A stretch of 43,506 bases of DNA from a virus (taxonomy: Duplodnaviria; Caudoviricetes), in the IMG/VR virus record IMGVR_UViG_3300037461_000505, positions 1 to 43,506 of that record; one strand, written 5' to 3'. Shown here one piece after another: positions 8,656 through 18,343 of this stretch. The first letter of the stretch is position 1, and every line of letters starts with the position of its first letter. The notes beneath the pieces were generated by a model, which was not told where the DNA came from, searched no databases, and worked only from the letters and a program-made list of their open reading frames with translations. Made by a program: the position numbers and the translations under genes.

Positions 8656-10676
8656 GATGTCACCTGCTGCATTTGTGCGTCGGTTAGAGGAGCGTTCCAG
8701 ATATGGACTTCACCGATGTTGCCGGAGATTTGCGCCGCACCTGTTTGGGAGCATCCAACGTACATCGTAGTTGATGCTCCCATTGACCCATCAAATACCG
8801 CGGAAACTCCAAGATTTCCATCAGCACACATCCTTAAATCAGGCCCCCACCTAGACGCACGTTTTCTGTTACCTGTCAGTAGAGATACCCCGGTTGCAGT
8901 TGCGGTGTTTGTAGCATCCCATAGTTCTCCTGAATCTCGCGCAGTCAAATTACCAAACCTCAGCATTCTAGCATTGGCGTCTCCAGCAAGCACGACGTAG
9001 CCTGATACTGTTATTGGTACGAATGATTGTACGGAGCACAACGCCGTGCCCTGCGTCACATCAAACGCACTCGCGTAACTAAGTACATCCGCATTCCGTG
9101 TCACAGCCGCTGTAGTCGTCAGTATCGGACTTGTACGCCACGCTCCATTCTCATCCTGGCAGCAATCGACCTCGATCACATCACCAGACGTTCCCATCTT
9201 CAGACCGACAGTAGGATTGGCTCCAACATCAGAAGTCAGTGAGACAGGAACCCACGTATCTGTCACGAGTGACGAAGTAATGTCCGTCCAGCCAGTGCCG
9301 CCGTTCCTTGTGAGACTGACTGTTCCTGAGCCTGAGATACGCTTGATCCAGGCGGAGAATGTGCGGCTGCCTGTTGCTGCTGTCAGGAGTTGTAAAAGCG
9401 TTGCATCGTCTGCTGTGGCTGTCAGGCGGCTCGCACTGTCGGCGATGTTGTCGAGGCCGGTGGTTGTGGTGACTTGGATGGCGGCTTCTTTGACGCTAAC
9501 GTTATCAATAAACGCATATTTTCCAACAGTTACTCCAGAAGAAAAATAAACGAATAAATACATTGTTGCGTGGGTTGCCACGAAGCTAATTGTTCGACTT
9601 ACTGTCCCACTCAATACAACATACCCTAATGATAGGTTTGATGCTCCTGAACCTACACCAAACTGAAGATTTGCATCTCCTGTAATGTGGTCTAGTGTTA
9701 ATGTATATGTCTTACCTACTGTACAGGCAATAGGAGTAGACGCCCCAGCAAAGGCGCCTCCCGGCGTTACTATCTTCAATCTGTTAGTGTCAACAGAAAT
9801 AGTTGCGCCCGCTTGTGCAGTCCACCCCGCTGTGTCAGTAGTAAATGTTCCGTTTGAAATCAATTCCGCTGATCCACCTAGTTGTGGGTTAACCCACAAA
9901 TATGACGTGTAGGCAATGTTTTCCACCATCCCACGTAACTGCCTCCCCCAGAAGCAGTTATTCACCCTACTAGGCTCAGCGTTATACCCTTCCAACGTCG
10001 CAGCAGAAATCGCGCTGCCGTCTTTGTTGGTGTTGAGCCACTTGCAGCCATCTACGCCGGCACCGTGGAAGGGAGCGGAGAGAACACCGACGCTGACGTA
10101 TTCACTGGCGGTTTGGTCGGCTTGGCCGGAGACAACCTCGACTTGAATATCAACAAGTGTGGCCACTGATGCGGTGATAATAAACGTCCCCGCAGTGCAG
10201 GTCTTGGTGACTTCTGTTCGCCCCCCAGCAGAAGCAGTGAGCGTTCCTGACGCACCTGATGTACCTGAGAAAGTCGCCGTTCCAGTACCAGCACCCATGC
10301 TGAACGTGACTGTTTCTGCACGAACAAGGGTTACGGTATTCGTTGCCGCAACAGCAAGAGTGGCGCTGGTTGCCGCTACGCGGTTCCGCACCAACCTCGC
10401 ACCAGTAAACCTCACACACCCACTCGGAATATTGAGATTCAGCTTCCCTTCATTGTCGAAGCCCCAAGCTGCCGTAGCTTGTGTGAATGTCGGCGTGCTG
10501 GTTCCCCTTGTTGGAACGATCGTATTTTTCAGCGGTAGGTATAGATTAGAGTTTACGATACTAGGAAAAATTCCTCCACTATTTAATAAATTAACTCCGC
10601 TATTGAGAATTGAGTTAACCTCACTAGCACCTATATAAGCCTTCTGGATGACGCCAGTACCAGCTACTAGAGGCAT
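8652..10676 (-). CDS. tail fibre/spike protein with carbohydrate-binding and LamG-like jelly-roll domains
   Basis: Thr/Ala/Gly/Ser-rich beta protein. CBM-like ELISNGTFTTDTAGW...GKTYTLT...FIDNVSVKE; QDENG..TSPILTTTAAVTRNAD; C-terminal GNIGEVHIWNAPLTDAQMQQ (LamG-like). Confidence 0.75.
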   Translation of the reverse strand: MPLVAGTGVIQKAYIGASEVNSILNSGVNLLNSGGIFPSIVNSNLYLPLKNTIVPTRGTSTPTFTQATAAWGFDNEGKLNLNIPSGCVRFTGARLVRNRVAATSATLAVAATNTVTLVRAETVTFSMGAGTGTATFSGTSGASGTLTASAGGRTEVTKTCTAGTFIITASVATLVDIQVEVVSGQADQTASEYVSVGVLSAPFHGAGVDGCKWLNTNKDGSAISAATLEGYNAEPSRVNNCFWGRQLRGMVENIAYTSYLWVNPQLGGSAELISNGTFTTDTAGWTAQAGATISVDTNRLKIVTPGGAFAGASTPIACTVGKTYTLTLDHITGDANLQFGVGSGASNLSLGYVVLSGTVSRTISFVATHATMYLFVYFSSGVTVGKYAFIDNVSVKEAAIQVTTTTGLDNIADSASRLTATADDATLLQLLTAATGSRTFSAWIKRISGSGTVSLTRNGGTGWTDITSSLVTDTWVPVSLTSDVGANPTVGLKMGTSGDVIEVDCCQDENGAWRTSPILTTTAAVTRNADVLSYASAFDVTQGTALCSVQSFVPITVSGYVVLAGDANARMLRFGNLTARDSGELWDATNTATATGVSLLTGNRKRASRWGPDLRMCADGNLGVSAVFDGSMGASTTMYVGCSQTGAAQISGNIGEVHIWNAPLTDAQMQQVTS

Positions 10677-10680
10677 AGTA

Positions 10681-10878
10681 TTAACCTACGATAATATAAA
10701 GAGTGTTTGCATTAGGAGTTAGGGCATTGTATTGAGCTTGTGTAACCTTCACCATAGATGTAGGAGTACCAGTCTGAGCTACAACCGCTCCTGCACTACT
10801 AGTAACACTTAAGAACTCGTTCTCAGCTTGCTCATCGCTGAGATTATTGATACCTAGAATCAAGTCTCTGATACTCAT
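10681..10878 (-). CDS. small tail fibre-associated protein
   Basis: C-terminal VTQAQYNALTPNANTLYII motif, common in short phage fibre-linker proteins that precede a fibre gene. Confidence 0.7.
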   Translation of the reverse strand: MSIRDLILGINNLSDEQAENEFLSVTSSAGAVVAQTGTPTSMVKVTQAQYNALTPNANTLYIIVG

Positions 10879-10925
10879 TTTGTTGCTCCTTTGTGATGAT
10901 AGAAATAAAATATTACTTACGACCT

Positions 10926-11579
10926 CTAGTTGGAATACTCTCCAATTGATCCAAATCTATTTCTTTGATAATGGAAATCTATATCTGTTAATACAACATT
11001 TGCATTATGATTATCGGCTGCATCTGAGCTAGCTAATCTTGTAAGCTTCCAAGGAATCTGAGCGCTCTTTCCATAGCCTGTCATATCAATAGAACCAAAT
11101 CCAACAACAACACTTCTCTTTACATTATTAGGATTAGCTATGGTGATTGTTGCTAACGTAGTATAAACACCATAGTTGTTTACGAATTCACCATTCACAT
11201 TGGCAATATCATACTCTAGTTTCCATCTAGTATTGGCAACCGCTGCTGTGGGAAAGCGTAAATGTAAATGCGGTCTTACCTCTGTTCCCTCTATCCAACC
11301 ATGAGGCATTTGAGCTGTAGCAGCTAATACATTATCTGTGTTTCCTGCAAATAGCCGCATTCCAGTGTCTGGGTCAATAGAAGCTTCATTAGCTGCTCCT
11401 GCTGGATTAATACCAGCTGCATTAAAGTTAAGATCTTCCCAGGTTCCTCCTGCCTCATTAGCAGCTAGATAAGTAACATCAGATACAAAACCTAATGCTT
11501 CTAGCGCCTCTTTGAAAGTGTCATCAGCTGTAATATCATCCATTGAGCGGACTAGAACTACTACATCTCTCATACTCAT
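10926..11579 (-). CDS. putative virion structural protein (beta-sandwich)
   Basis: QMPHGWIEGTEVRPHLH motif. N-terminus resembles that of the 65-aa neighbour. Located in the late arm. Confidence 0.65.
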   Translation of the reverse strand: MSMRDVVVLVRSMDDITADDTFKEALEALGFVSDVTYLAANEAGGTWEDLNFNAAGINPAGAANEASIDPDTGMRLFAGNTDNVLAATAQMPHGWIEGTEVRPHLHLRFPTAAVANTRWKLEYDIANVNGEFVNNYGVYTTLATITIANPNNVKRSVVVGFGSIDMTGYGKSAQIPWKLTRLASSDAADNHNANVVLTDIDFHYQRNRFGSIGEYSN

Positions 11580-11593
11580 GTTATATCCTTATC

Positions 11594-12697
11594 TTACTTA
11601 AGGGTAGAGCGTATAAGTTTAGCAATATTTGTATCATAAAGCCCTAGAGGGAAAGCTGTATAGGCTCCACTATCTCCACTGTCTCCTAGTGTTTTCATAT
11701 ACTGAACAGCTCTGGCTTCTGCTTCTCCTGCCGTTCTTTTATAGAGATCTTTCTGTAGATCTTTGAAGACAGTCTCATCATCTACTTGGAGTCTTTGATT
11801 CCTAGATTGAGATAGCATACTAGAGAATTCTGGAGCATCTAATACAGATTCAAAATTAGCACCCTTCTGAAAGCCGCCTCGTTGCTGAATTGCATGTTGA
11901 ATCTCATGTAACATATTACTAAGAAGCTCGTTACCATCCTTTATCCCTTTTGTAGTGTACCTAATTTCTTCAGGCAGATCTTTATGTGGATGCAAGTAGG
12001 CAGCCTTCAATCCAGAAGCTTTCTGCTCTGCTGTGAGAGGCCTTATCTTAATATTCTTAAGGTCTGGCATTGCCTCAAAAAGCTCTGGATGATCTATCAT
12101 ATCACCTAAAACCCAATCTGCACTAGCCTTCCCGGGTGGTGGCTTACTATTAAACTTGGCTGCAGCATCACTTATCACAGCCCTTAGTTTATTATCAACA
12201 GGCCCTCTGTATACCCCTGTATCCTTGTATACATCGACAGGCTTAAGACCTCTCTGTAGTCTTTCAAGAGCTATATTTATAAGACCTGCATTCCTAATAA
12301 GATTCGCAGGAACTATCGTAGCTTCAGCATTTTTAATACTACCACCTCCCCCAGTGAGAGAAGAGATAGCATCAGCTGCACCAATGGGACCACTAAGTAA
12401 TGCAGTAGGGTCTTGTAGACCAATAGCTGAAAGTGCTGCTGTAAGCGTGGGATTCTTAGCAGCGACACTTGCCACCTTTCCTACTGCTCTCCCTGCCATA
12501 GGAGCCATAGCCCCAGCAGTGAGAAGACCTTCTACAATCTCCTTCTCACGCTGGCCACTAGAACTCTCACGCATAACACTCTTCTCTTCATCCTTACCTA
12601 AGAAAGGAGTGTTAGTCTCTGTGAAGAATTTGGGTAATTCATCCGAGATAATCCTAAAAGCCTTAGATAAGAAGTTCTCTTCTTCATTAGCGGCCAT
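11594..12697 (-). CDS. LPD23-like domain / zincin metallopeptidase protein
   Basis: TGVYRGPVDNKLRAVISD...LGDMIDHPELFEAMPDLKNIKI...LHEIQHAIQ..GGF..GAN...YKRTAGEAEARAVQ: HExxH plus a downstream Glu, as in large-polyvalent-protein domain 23. Confidence 0.75.
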   Translation of the reverse strand: MAANEEENFLSKAFRIISDELPKFFTETNTPFLGKDEEKSVMRESSSGQREKEIVEGLLTAGAMAPMAGRAVGKVASVAAKNPTLTAALSAIGLQDPTALLSGPIGAADAISSLTGGGGSIKNAEATIVPANLIRNAGLINIALERLQRGLKPVDVYKDTGVYRGPVDNKLRAVISDAAAKFNSKPPPGKASADWVLGDMIDHPELFEAMPDLKNIKIRPLTAEQKASGLKAAYLHPHKDLPEEIRYTTKGIKDGNELLSNMLHEIQHAIQQRGGFQKGANFESVLDAPEFSSMLSQSRNQRLQVDDETVFKDLQKDLYKRTAGEAEARAVQYMKTLGDSGDSGAYTAFPLGLYDTNIAKLIRSTLK

Positions 12698-12714
12698 CTC
12701 TTTCTCCTTTCTTA

Positions 12715-15700
12715 CTAGTCCAAGTCATTGATCATTTTACTGAAAGGACTGTTAGGTTTCAAGTAATTTCTTACAGTGTGGGAAGTTGGATTCTCTGTTT
12801 GTCCTATAGCTGTATTAACAGCACTTCTCCAGCCAGAGGGAGTTCCAGTCTTCATATACTCTTGACCAAGACTTTCCACAATCTCTGGTGTAAGATTCCC
12901 GCCTCGAATATAGCTCTTGAGAGTCTGTGTTACTTTCTGCCTAGCCTCTCTATCAATGGAACTATAGAAGGTATCCAGGTGATATACCTCTCTGTTTTTA
13001 GCTTCCTCGATTGGCCGTACTCCCATCATCCTAGAAAGAACACTCTTAACTGTCCATACCTCTTCAGGACCTGCCATGATATTACCCTTAGAGGTAATGG
13101 AAGTTCCTGTTAAAAGCTCAGACATTCTAGCTACTGGACGGGAGATAGACTGTAAGGAGAGAGCCTCCATCATCGCCCTTCCTGCATTAGCATCTGCATT
13201 GAAAGCAGCACTTACTACTCTATCTCCTGCAGCAAGTGCTTGTCCTAGAATATTAACCGCAGGAATTGCATTGATACCACTAGTGAAGGGGTCAGGAATT
13301 CTAGGGTTAATATCACCACGAGAAGTAATAGAAGGACCAAGATTCGCAGGCAAGCCGTAGATTACTGTATTAGCCAACCAATTAGGAAGAGCACGATAGG
13401 TGCCTGTTATAAGATCCACATTCTGCTCAGAGAAATGTTCTCCTATCTGCTCTGAGACGAGCTTGAAACCGGGCAGAGAAGAAGCACCGAAAATACTACT
13501 TTGCAGAAGAAGGGTTTTAGCCAGAGCGGCCCAGTTCCTATGCTCTACTACACGATAGATATTCTGGGCCATTGTAAGCATATAAGTCTGGAAGAGGCCC
13601 ATGGCTACTCCCAGAGTACCCTGAAACATGACAGGTCTCTGTGTAGAAGAATAATTACCGATAGCCTTATCCATGAAATCCCTGGCAAAGGTCATAATAC
13701 CAGCCTTGCTAATTCCAGGATATGCCTCCTTAGCTATGTAAGCTCCAGTAATGAAAGCCTGTTCTCTTGTGATAGTCTCCGCTAAGTCAGCAGGTTTCAC
13801 CAACATTTGCAGAAGTTTATCACTCATACTATCAGCCAATTTATCAGAAGCTGAACGGAGAGGACTAAGCTTATTTAAGAATCTCTCTGTTGCTGAGATA
13901 ATACCAGGCTGGAGACTACGTGATTGTGAAAGAGATTCCGTAGCTTCCGAGACAAGAGGCTTAAACATACCATCGGCTTCTGCTTCTTTCATCAAAAGCT
14001 TACCTTCGGCACTACCTCTCCACCTAGTGGAATTATACATAGTCTCAATTACTGCGAACTTTGCATTAGGATCTAAGACACCATCCATATACATAGCTTC
14101 CATCTTCCTACCCATAGCGAGAGAGGTAAGAATAGGCATTGAAAGCATGTTAACTATTGGGTGTGCAAGCTCTGCAAAGCGAAGCATAACTGTAGCAGCC
14201 ATACCATTACTGATAGCCAGAAGTCTAGGAGTCATGTTAGGGCTCTGAGAGATCTGTTGTACATGGTATACCTCCTTAGCTAGATGTTCATCCATACTTT
14301 CGAAAGGCCAAGCGACTCCCTTAGCTTTGGCTTGTGCCATAAGCTTCTCGTAGTCTGCATCACTAGCTATTTTACCTTTACCTAGGAAGTTCTTACCTCC
14401 CTCAAGTACTGGAAGAAAAAGATCTGAGAGCTTAGAGAAGGTATAGTTAAACATCCCTCCTGTTAATTCTGAGGCTTTCTGCCACATCTCACTCTGGTTA
14501 GTACTAGGCAAGCCCATCAAGGTATTCCTGATGATAGTACCAGCATCATGCGGTTTCTGTAGTTGCTTCTGTGTGATATCGAGAGGCTGGTCCCTGAATC
14601 CTTTCTGGCTTCTATATGAGATATCATCAAGCCGGGCCATAACATCTGAGAGCTGCGCGTCCATAAGACTGCGAACACCATAGCCTACGTAGTGGTCATA
14701 GCCATTAGCCAGATCTACTAGAACATCAGTGTTCGTAGAAACAATAGCAGGAGCACTAGCTCCAGAATGCAAAGAAGCAGAATCCGCTGATCCCATAAAA
14801 ATGTTATCGTGTCTTCCTTGTGCGATGTTATAGAGACGTTGATCACTCTTATCTACGATCTCGTACCTTCTACCAAGTTCCCCTGGCTTAAGTTTAGAGA
14901 TGAAAGCATTAACAGCAGTTTGCAGTTCTCCCTCTGTTTTTCCAAACAAAAGCGTTGTTTTATCCTCATGAAGGTCCCACACATACTTAATGTGATTCCC
15001 TCTAGGATTGAATGGAGGAACCCAGAAGCCTATATCATTCACAGGAGGACGACCGTAGAGAGTATCTAAGGTTTTCCTCATCTCGTAGAACTCTCGGCCA
15101 GCACCGCTCATGGCTTGAATTGCATTCTGTACATCTGCATCTACTACCTGAAACGTCTTCCCTTCATATTCTACAGGAATCATGTTACGCTTCATGCCTG
15201 TTACTTTGCCATTAGCGTCTTTGATCTTAATCCAAGGAGTTACTTCATCTTGTACAAAGAATCCGCCATTCTTGAACTCCCTATAACCTTTCAATCCTGC
15301 ATTCACTTTCATAGCAGTTGAAAGTTCTAGAGTCTTTACTTGATCCTTAGCTATAGCATTGAAATAGGGCTTCATTGGCTCCCAGATCTTTGCTACTTGC
15401 TTGTTGATAAGCTCAACAGTGTCCTTTCCAAGATAAGTTATAACACCACCAAGAGCTCCTAAATCCCTGAGAGCCTGATCAGCAGACAAGAACATCCTAC
15501 CACTAATAGCTGAGTCAGTGATATCAGTTAGGCCACTACGAAGAATACTGAGTCTTGCCTTGTTATCTAAGCTGCTAAGGTGATTTCCCACAGCCCTAGC
15601 AGTCTCAGATTTGGAACCTACCATGAATGCGTCTTTGATACTATCATCGGCGAAGTCGAGTTCTCGCTTCATGAGAGAGGCTTTAAGCTCCGCCATTGGG

Positions 15701-18342
15701 ACTTTGTTGAGATTCGTATTAAGTGCGAGTGCCCTCTCTTTGTTAGCCAGATGCATCGAGATATTAGCAGCCTCACTATAAGTACTAATTGGCTTGTTAA
15801 GGAAAAGGATATCCTTTACACCTGAGGCAGCGTAAGCTTGGACTGTCTCCAGTGGGATATTCGTAAGAAGAGACATAGTCTCAAAAGGAACACCTTGGGC
15901 CATAAGAGAGCTAAGCTGGGCATTCTTCTGTGCAACAAGAGTGTCAAAGATTCCCAAGCCATCTACAACATTGGCTTCCTTGCTTGAGAGGGTTTTAATA
16001 CTTTCTTTGATATCAGTACCAGTAAGGACTTCTGTTACTGTATGGCCACTAGGTTGCATACCTGTAGAAACAGTAGGCTTACCTGCTATGATACGAGAAG
16101 GAACATCCAGAACAATCTCAGCTTCTCCTCCAGCCTTGCCTCCAAAGGATAAGAAAGCCCCAACAATCTCATCTTTGTGAACACGATACAAAGAAACACC
16201 CTTACTACTACCAGCAAAACTTAAAGCTACTTGATAGTCAGGTGTATAGGATTCTCCAGCAGAGTGTCCCCTAGCCTGCCCTCGCATTCCACGATATAAG
16301 TAAGTATAACCCTCACTGTCGTACTTAAGATTAGCTTTAAGGGCCTGTGTTTCTTTAGAGTTTATAATCTCTTCTGCATACTGTGCTAGCTTTGACTTCT
16401 CATGACCATATAATTCCATAGCCTGCTTGAAAGGCGTACCACTTTTTAGGGCATCTTGAAGATTATCAGAGCCCCATTTGAGAGCCTGCTCCTCACTAAG
16501 ATTCCTTTGCGGAATATGCTTACTGCCAGGCTGAAGCCTCCTAAGTTCTTCAATACCATTACGAAGAGGCCACATCTGATCCATAGAGAAGCTCTTGGCT
16601 AAGGATCTAGCACCCTCACTAAGAGAGTTCCCATTATCCATGAGATCTACAGTTCTTCTAGTAGGACCCCTAAGGAAAGCTGTCATCTCATCGAGAGCTT
16701 TACTGCTAATACCTTTCACCGCAGGAGCACTGCCAGCACCAATAGTGACAGTCTTAGTAACTGTATTAGTGATAACTTTTTCAAGAACCTTCTCATTTAC
16801 TTTCGAGAAGTTGGGCATGTCCTTACTAAGAACCACTTTCAGATTCGTAGTGAAATCTACATTCCCTGCTGTTACTTCCTTCTGAATCCTAGCATTAATA
16901 GCTTGAAGAGCTGAAACATCATCAGGACTTACAGCAATAAAGCCTTTAGCGAAGGTCTCTGCGTCAAGTTCATCATAGTATTTCAATGTACGCAAGAAGT
17001 CAGCATCTACATAAGAGGTAGTAGATGCAGCATTCTCAAGTGTCTGGTCATAGCGAGGAATAAGATGCCACTGACTAGTTAATCCTTTAGTAAGATCTTC
17101 TTCACTCTTTACTAGATCCGCTGCCGTGCCATAATACTTCATGTCAGTAGATAGCATGAAAGCATCAAAGCGTGGAGAGTAGACCATTGTTACAGCTTTA
17201 TCCTTAGTAGGATCCTTGATACCTTTCGTGGTCAGCGGGATAGGAGCCTCTTCTGGAGCCTTTCCTAGTCCTGTAGGGATTTCTTTGGTACTATCTACTA
17301 AACCTTTAGATTCCTTGAATGTGAAAGAGAGGTCCTCTTTAGCTGTAGCAAAGCGAATCTTATCTACGCCCGCAAATCTTTGAGGATTAGTAGCTATCAT
17401 CTCCATGATAACCTTCTTATCCGCTTCCTCCATTAGGCGCATCTCTGGAGAAAACATATTATTCAGGTCAATTGCTAAGGCCGCTTTCTCTTTTAGAATA
17501 TAAGTGTCCAGCATATTCTTTGTGAGAGGATTAATGAGGTTCGTGGGATCATCAACACTGAAAGGCCGGACTTCTTGAGAGGCAAGCATATCCTCCCAGT
17601 TATCTATGTTATGGGTTCTTTTGGTTATAGCTTCATTAAGGCTATCTACGGTGCTGATTTCCTTTTGTCCTAGGCGAACAGTAGCCTCAGCTGTCTGCTC
17701 TGCGCCCATCTTAACACCTTTTACAACTGCTCTATCTGCAATATGACCTAAAGGACCGCCAATAGCCATCCCAAGAATCATAGACTTCGTGAAGTTCTCT
17801 ACGGGATTCTTGACATAATCCTCCATGAACGGGTGAGCATTCATAGTGAGGAGCATAGCAGCATCGAAGGCTACGTTATCAATCGCAACATTAGCTAGAC
17901 CTGCTGTATATAAACCTCTGACAGCACTCTTATAATCCTTAGAGTGCGCACCTAGGTTTACGAAAGCCTCTGCAATCTTAGTCTTCTGCGCTACTTGGCC
18001 AGCCTCTGAGAAGAAGTTAACTCCGCTTACTCCAGCCCTAGCAGCCTGCATACCCTTGACAGCCAGGCCCATAGGCACAAGCATACCTCCTACGAAAGAG
18101 GCTGTATGGATAGTATCTGGGTGCTCATTATACACACGGAGAGCGTTGCTGTCAATCCTAGAAAGGAGATCCTCTGTTGAGGTTTCTAGGCTAGCAGGTG
18201 TGAGAGAGTTCCAAGTAGAAGCCGCGAAATCCGCTACTGATGCTACAATGCCTCCTACGATGTCTGAGCCAAGAGAGGCTTGCTCATCGTATTTGGCAAT
18301 GAGATCAGTAGAAATTTCCGAGGAGAAGTCTTCAGTTATCAT
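12715..18342 (-). CDS. large internal virion (ejection) protein with an inserted ADP-ribosyltransferase domain
   Basis: 1875 aa, last of three genes after the nozzle. Hydrophobic N-terminal helices. C-terminal NYS...RP.MFQG..G...GLFQTY as in large podophage ejection proteins. Internal LYRG...ESYT...GEAEIV. Confidence 0.8.
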   Translation of the reverse strand: MITEDFSSEISTDLIAKYDEQASLGSDIVGGIVASVADFAASTWNSLTPASLETSTEDLLSRIDSNALRVYNEHPDTIHTASFVGGMLVPMGLAVKGMQAARAGVSGVNFFSEAGQVAQKTKIAEAFVNLGAHSKDYKSAVRGLYTAGLANVAIDNVAFDAAMLLTMNAHPFMEDYVKNPVENFTKSMILGMAIGGPLGHIADRAVVKGVKMGAEQTAEATVRLGQKEISTVDSLNEAITKRTHNIDNWEDMLASQEVRPFSVDDPTNLINPLTKNMLDTYILKEKAALAIDLNNMFSPEMRLMEEADKKVIMEMIATNPQRFAGVDKIRFATAKEDLSFTFKESKGLVDSTKEIPTGLGKAPEEAPIPLTTKGIKDPTKDKAVTMVYSPRFDAFMLSTDMKYYGTAADLVKSEEDLTKGLTSQWHLIPRYDQTLENAASTTSYVDADFLRTLKYYDELDAETFAKGFIAVSPDDVSALQAINARIQKEVTAGNVDFTTNLKVVLSKDMPNFSKVNEKVLEKVITNTVTKTVTIGAGSAPAVKGISSKALDEMTAFLRGPTRRTVDLMDNGNSLSEGARSLAKSFSMDQMWPLRNGIEELRRLQPGSKHIPQRNLSEEQALKWGSDNLQDALKSGTPFKQAMELYGHEKSKLAQYAEEIINSKETQALKANLKYDSEGYTYLYRGMRGQARGHSAGESYTPDYQVALSFAGSSKGVSLYRVHKDEIVGAFLSFGGKAGGEAEIVLDVPSRIIAGKPTVSTGMQPSGHTVTEVLTGTDIKESIKTLSSKEANVVDGLGIFDTLVAQKNAQLSSLMAQGVPFETMSLLTNIPLETVQAYAASGVKDILFLNKPISTYSEAANISMHLANKERALALNTNLNKVPMAELKASLMKRELDFADDSIKDAFMVGSKSETARAVGNHLSSLDNKARLSILRSGLTDITDSAISGRMFLSADQALRDLGALGGVITYLGKDTVELINKQVAKIWEPMKPYFNAIAKDQVKTLELSTAMKVNAGLKGYREFKNGGFFVQDEVTPWIKIKDANGKVTGMKRNMIPVEYEGKTFQVVDADVQNAIQAMSGAGREFYEMRKTLDTLYGRPPVNDIGFWVPPFNPRGNHIKYVWDLHEDKTTLLFGKTEGELQTAVNAFISKLKPGELGRRYEIVDKSDQRLYNIAQGRHDNIFMGSADSASLHSGASAPAIVSTNTDVLVDLANGYDHYVGYGVRSLMDAQLSDVMARLDDISYRSQKGFRDQPLDITQKQLQKPHDAGTIIRNTLMGLPSTNQSEMWQKASELTGGMFNYTFSKLSDLFLPVLEGGKNFLGKGKIASDADYEKLMAQAKAKGVAWPFESMDEHLAKEVYHVQQISQSPNMTPRLLAISNGMAATVMLRFAELAHPIVNMLSMPILTSLAMGRKMEAMYMDGVLDPNAKFAVIETMYNSTRWRGSAEGKLLMKEAEADGMFKPLVSEATESLSQSRSLQPGIISATERFLNKLSPLRSASDKLADSMSDKLLQMLVKPADLAETITREQAFITGAYIAKEAYPGISKAGIMTFARDFMDKAIGNYSSTQRPVMFQGTLGVAMGLFQTYMLTMAQNIYRVVEHRNWAALAKTLLLQSSIFGASSLPGFKLVSEQIGEHFSEQNVDLITGTYRALPNWLANTVIYGLPANLGPSITSRGDINPRIPDPFTSGINAIPAVNILGQALAAGDRVVSAAFNADANAGRAMMEALSLQSISRPVARMSELLTGTSITSKGNIMAGPEEVWTVKSVLSRMMGVRPIEEAKNREVYHLDTFYSSIDREARQKVTQTLKSYIRGGNLTPEIVESLGQEYMKTGTPSGWRSAVNTAIGQTENPTSHTVRNYLKPNSPFSKMINDLD

Positions 18343-18343
18343 C

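Noticed and set aside
8652-10676. Diversity-generating retroelement or invertible segment acting on the fibre
   Set aside because: No reverse transcriptase, no invertase and no duplicated template/variable repeat seen.
12715-18342. Virion-encapsidated RNA polymerase (N4- or crAss-like)
   Set aside because: No DxDGD or T7-type polymerase motifs found in the large protein; the promoters look sigma70-type.
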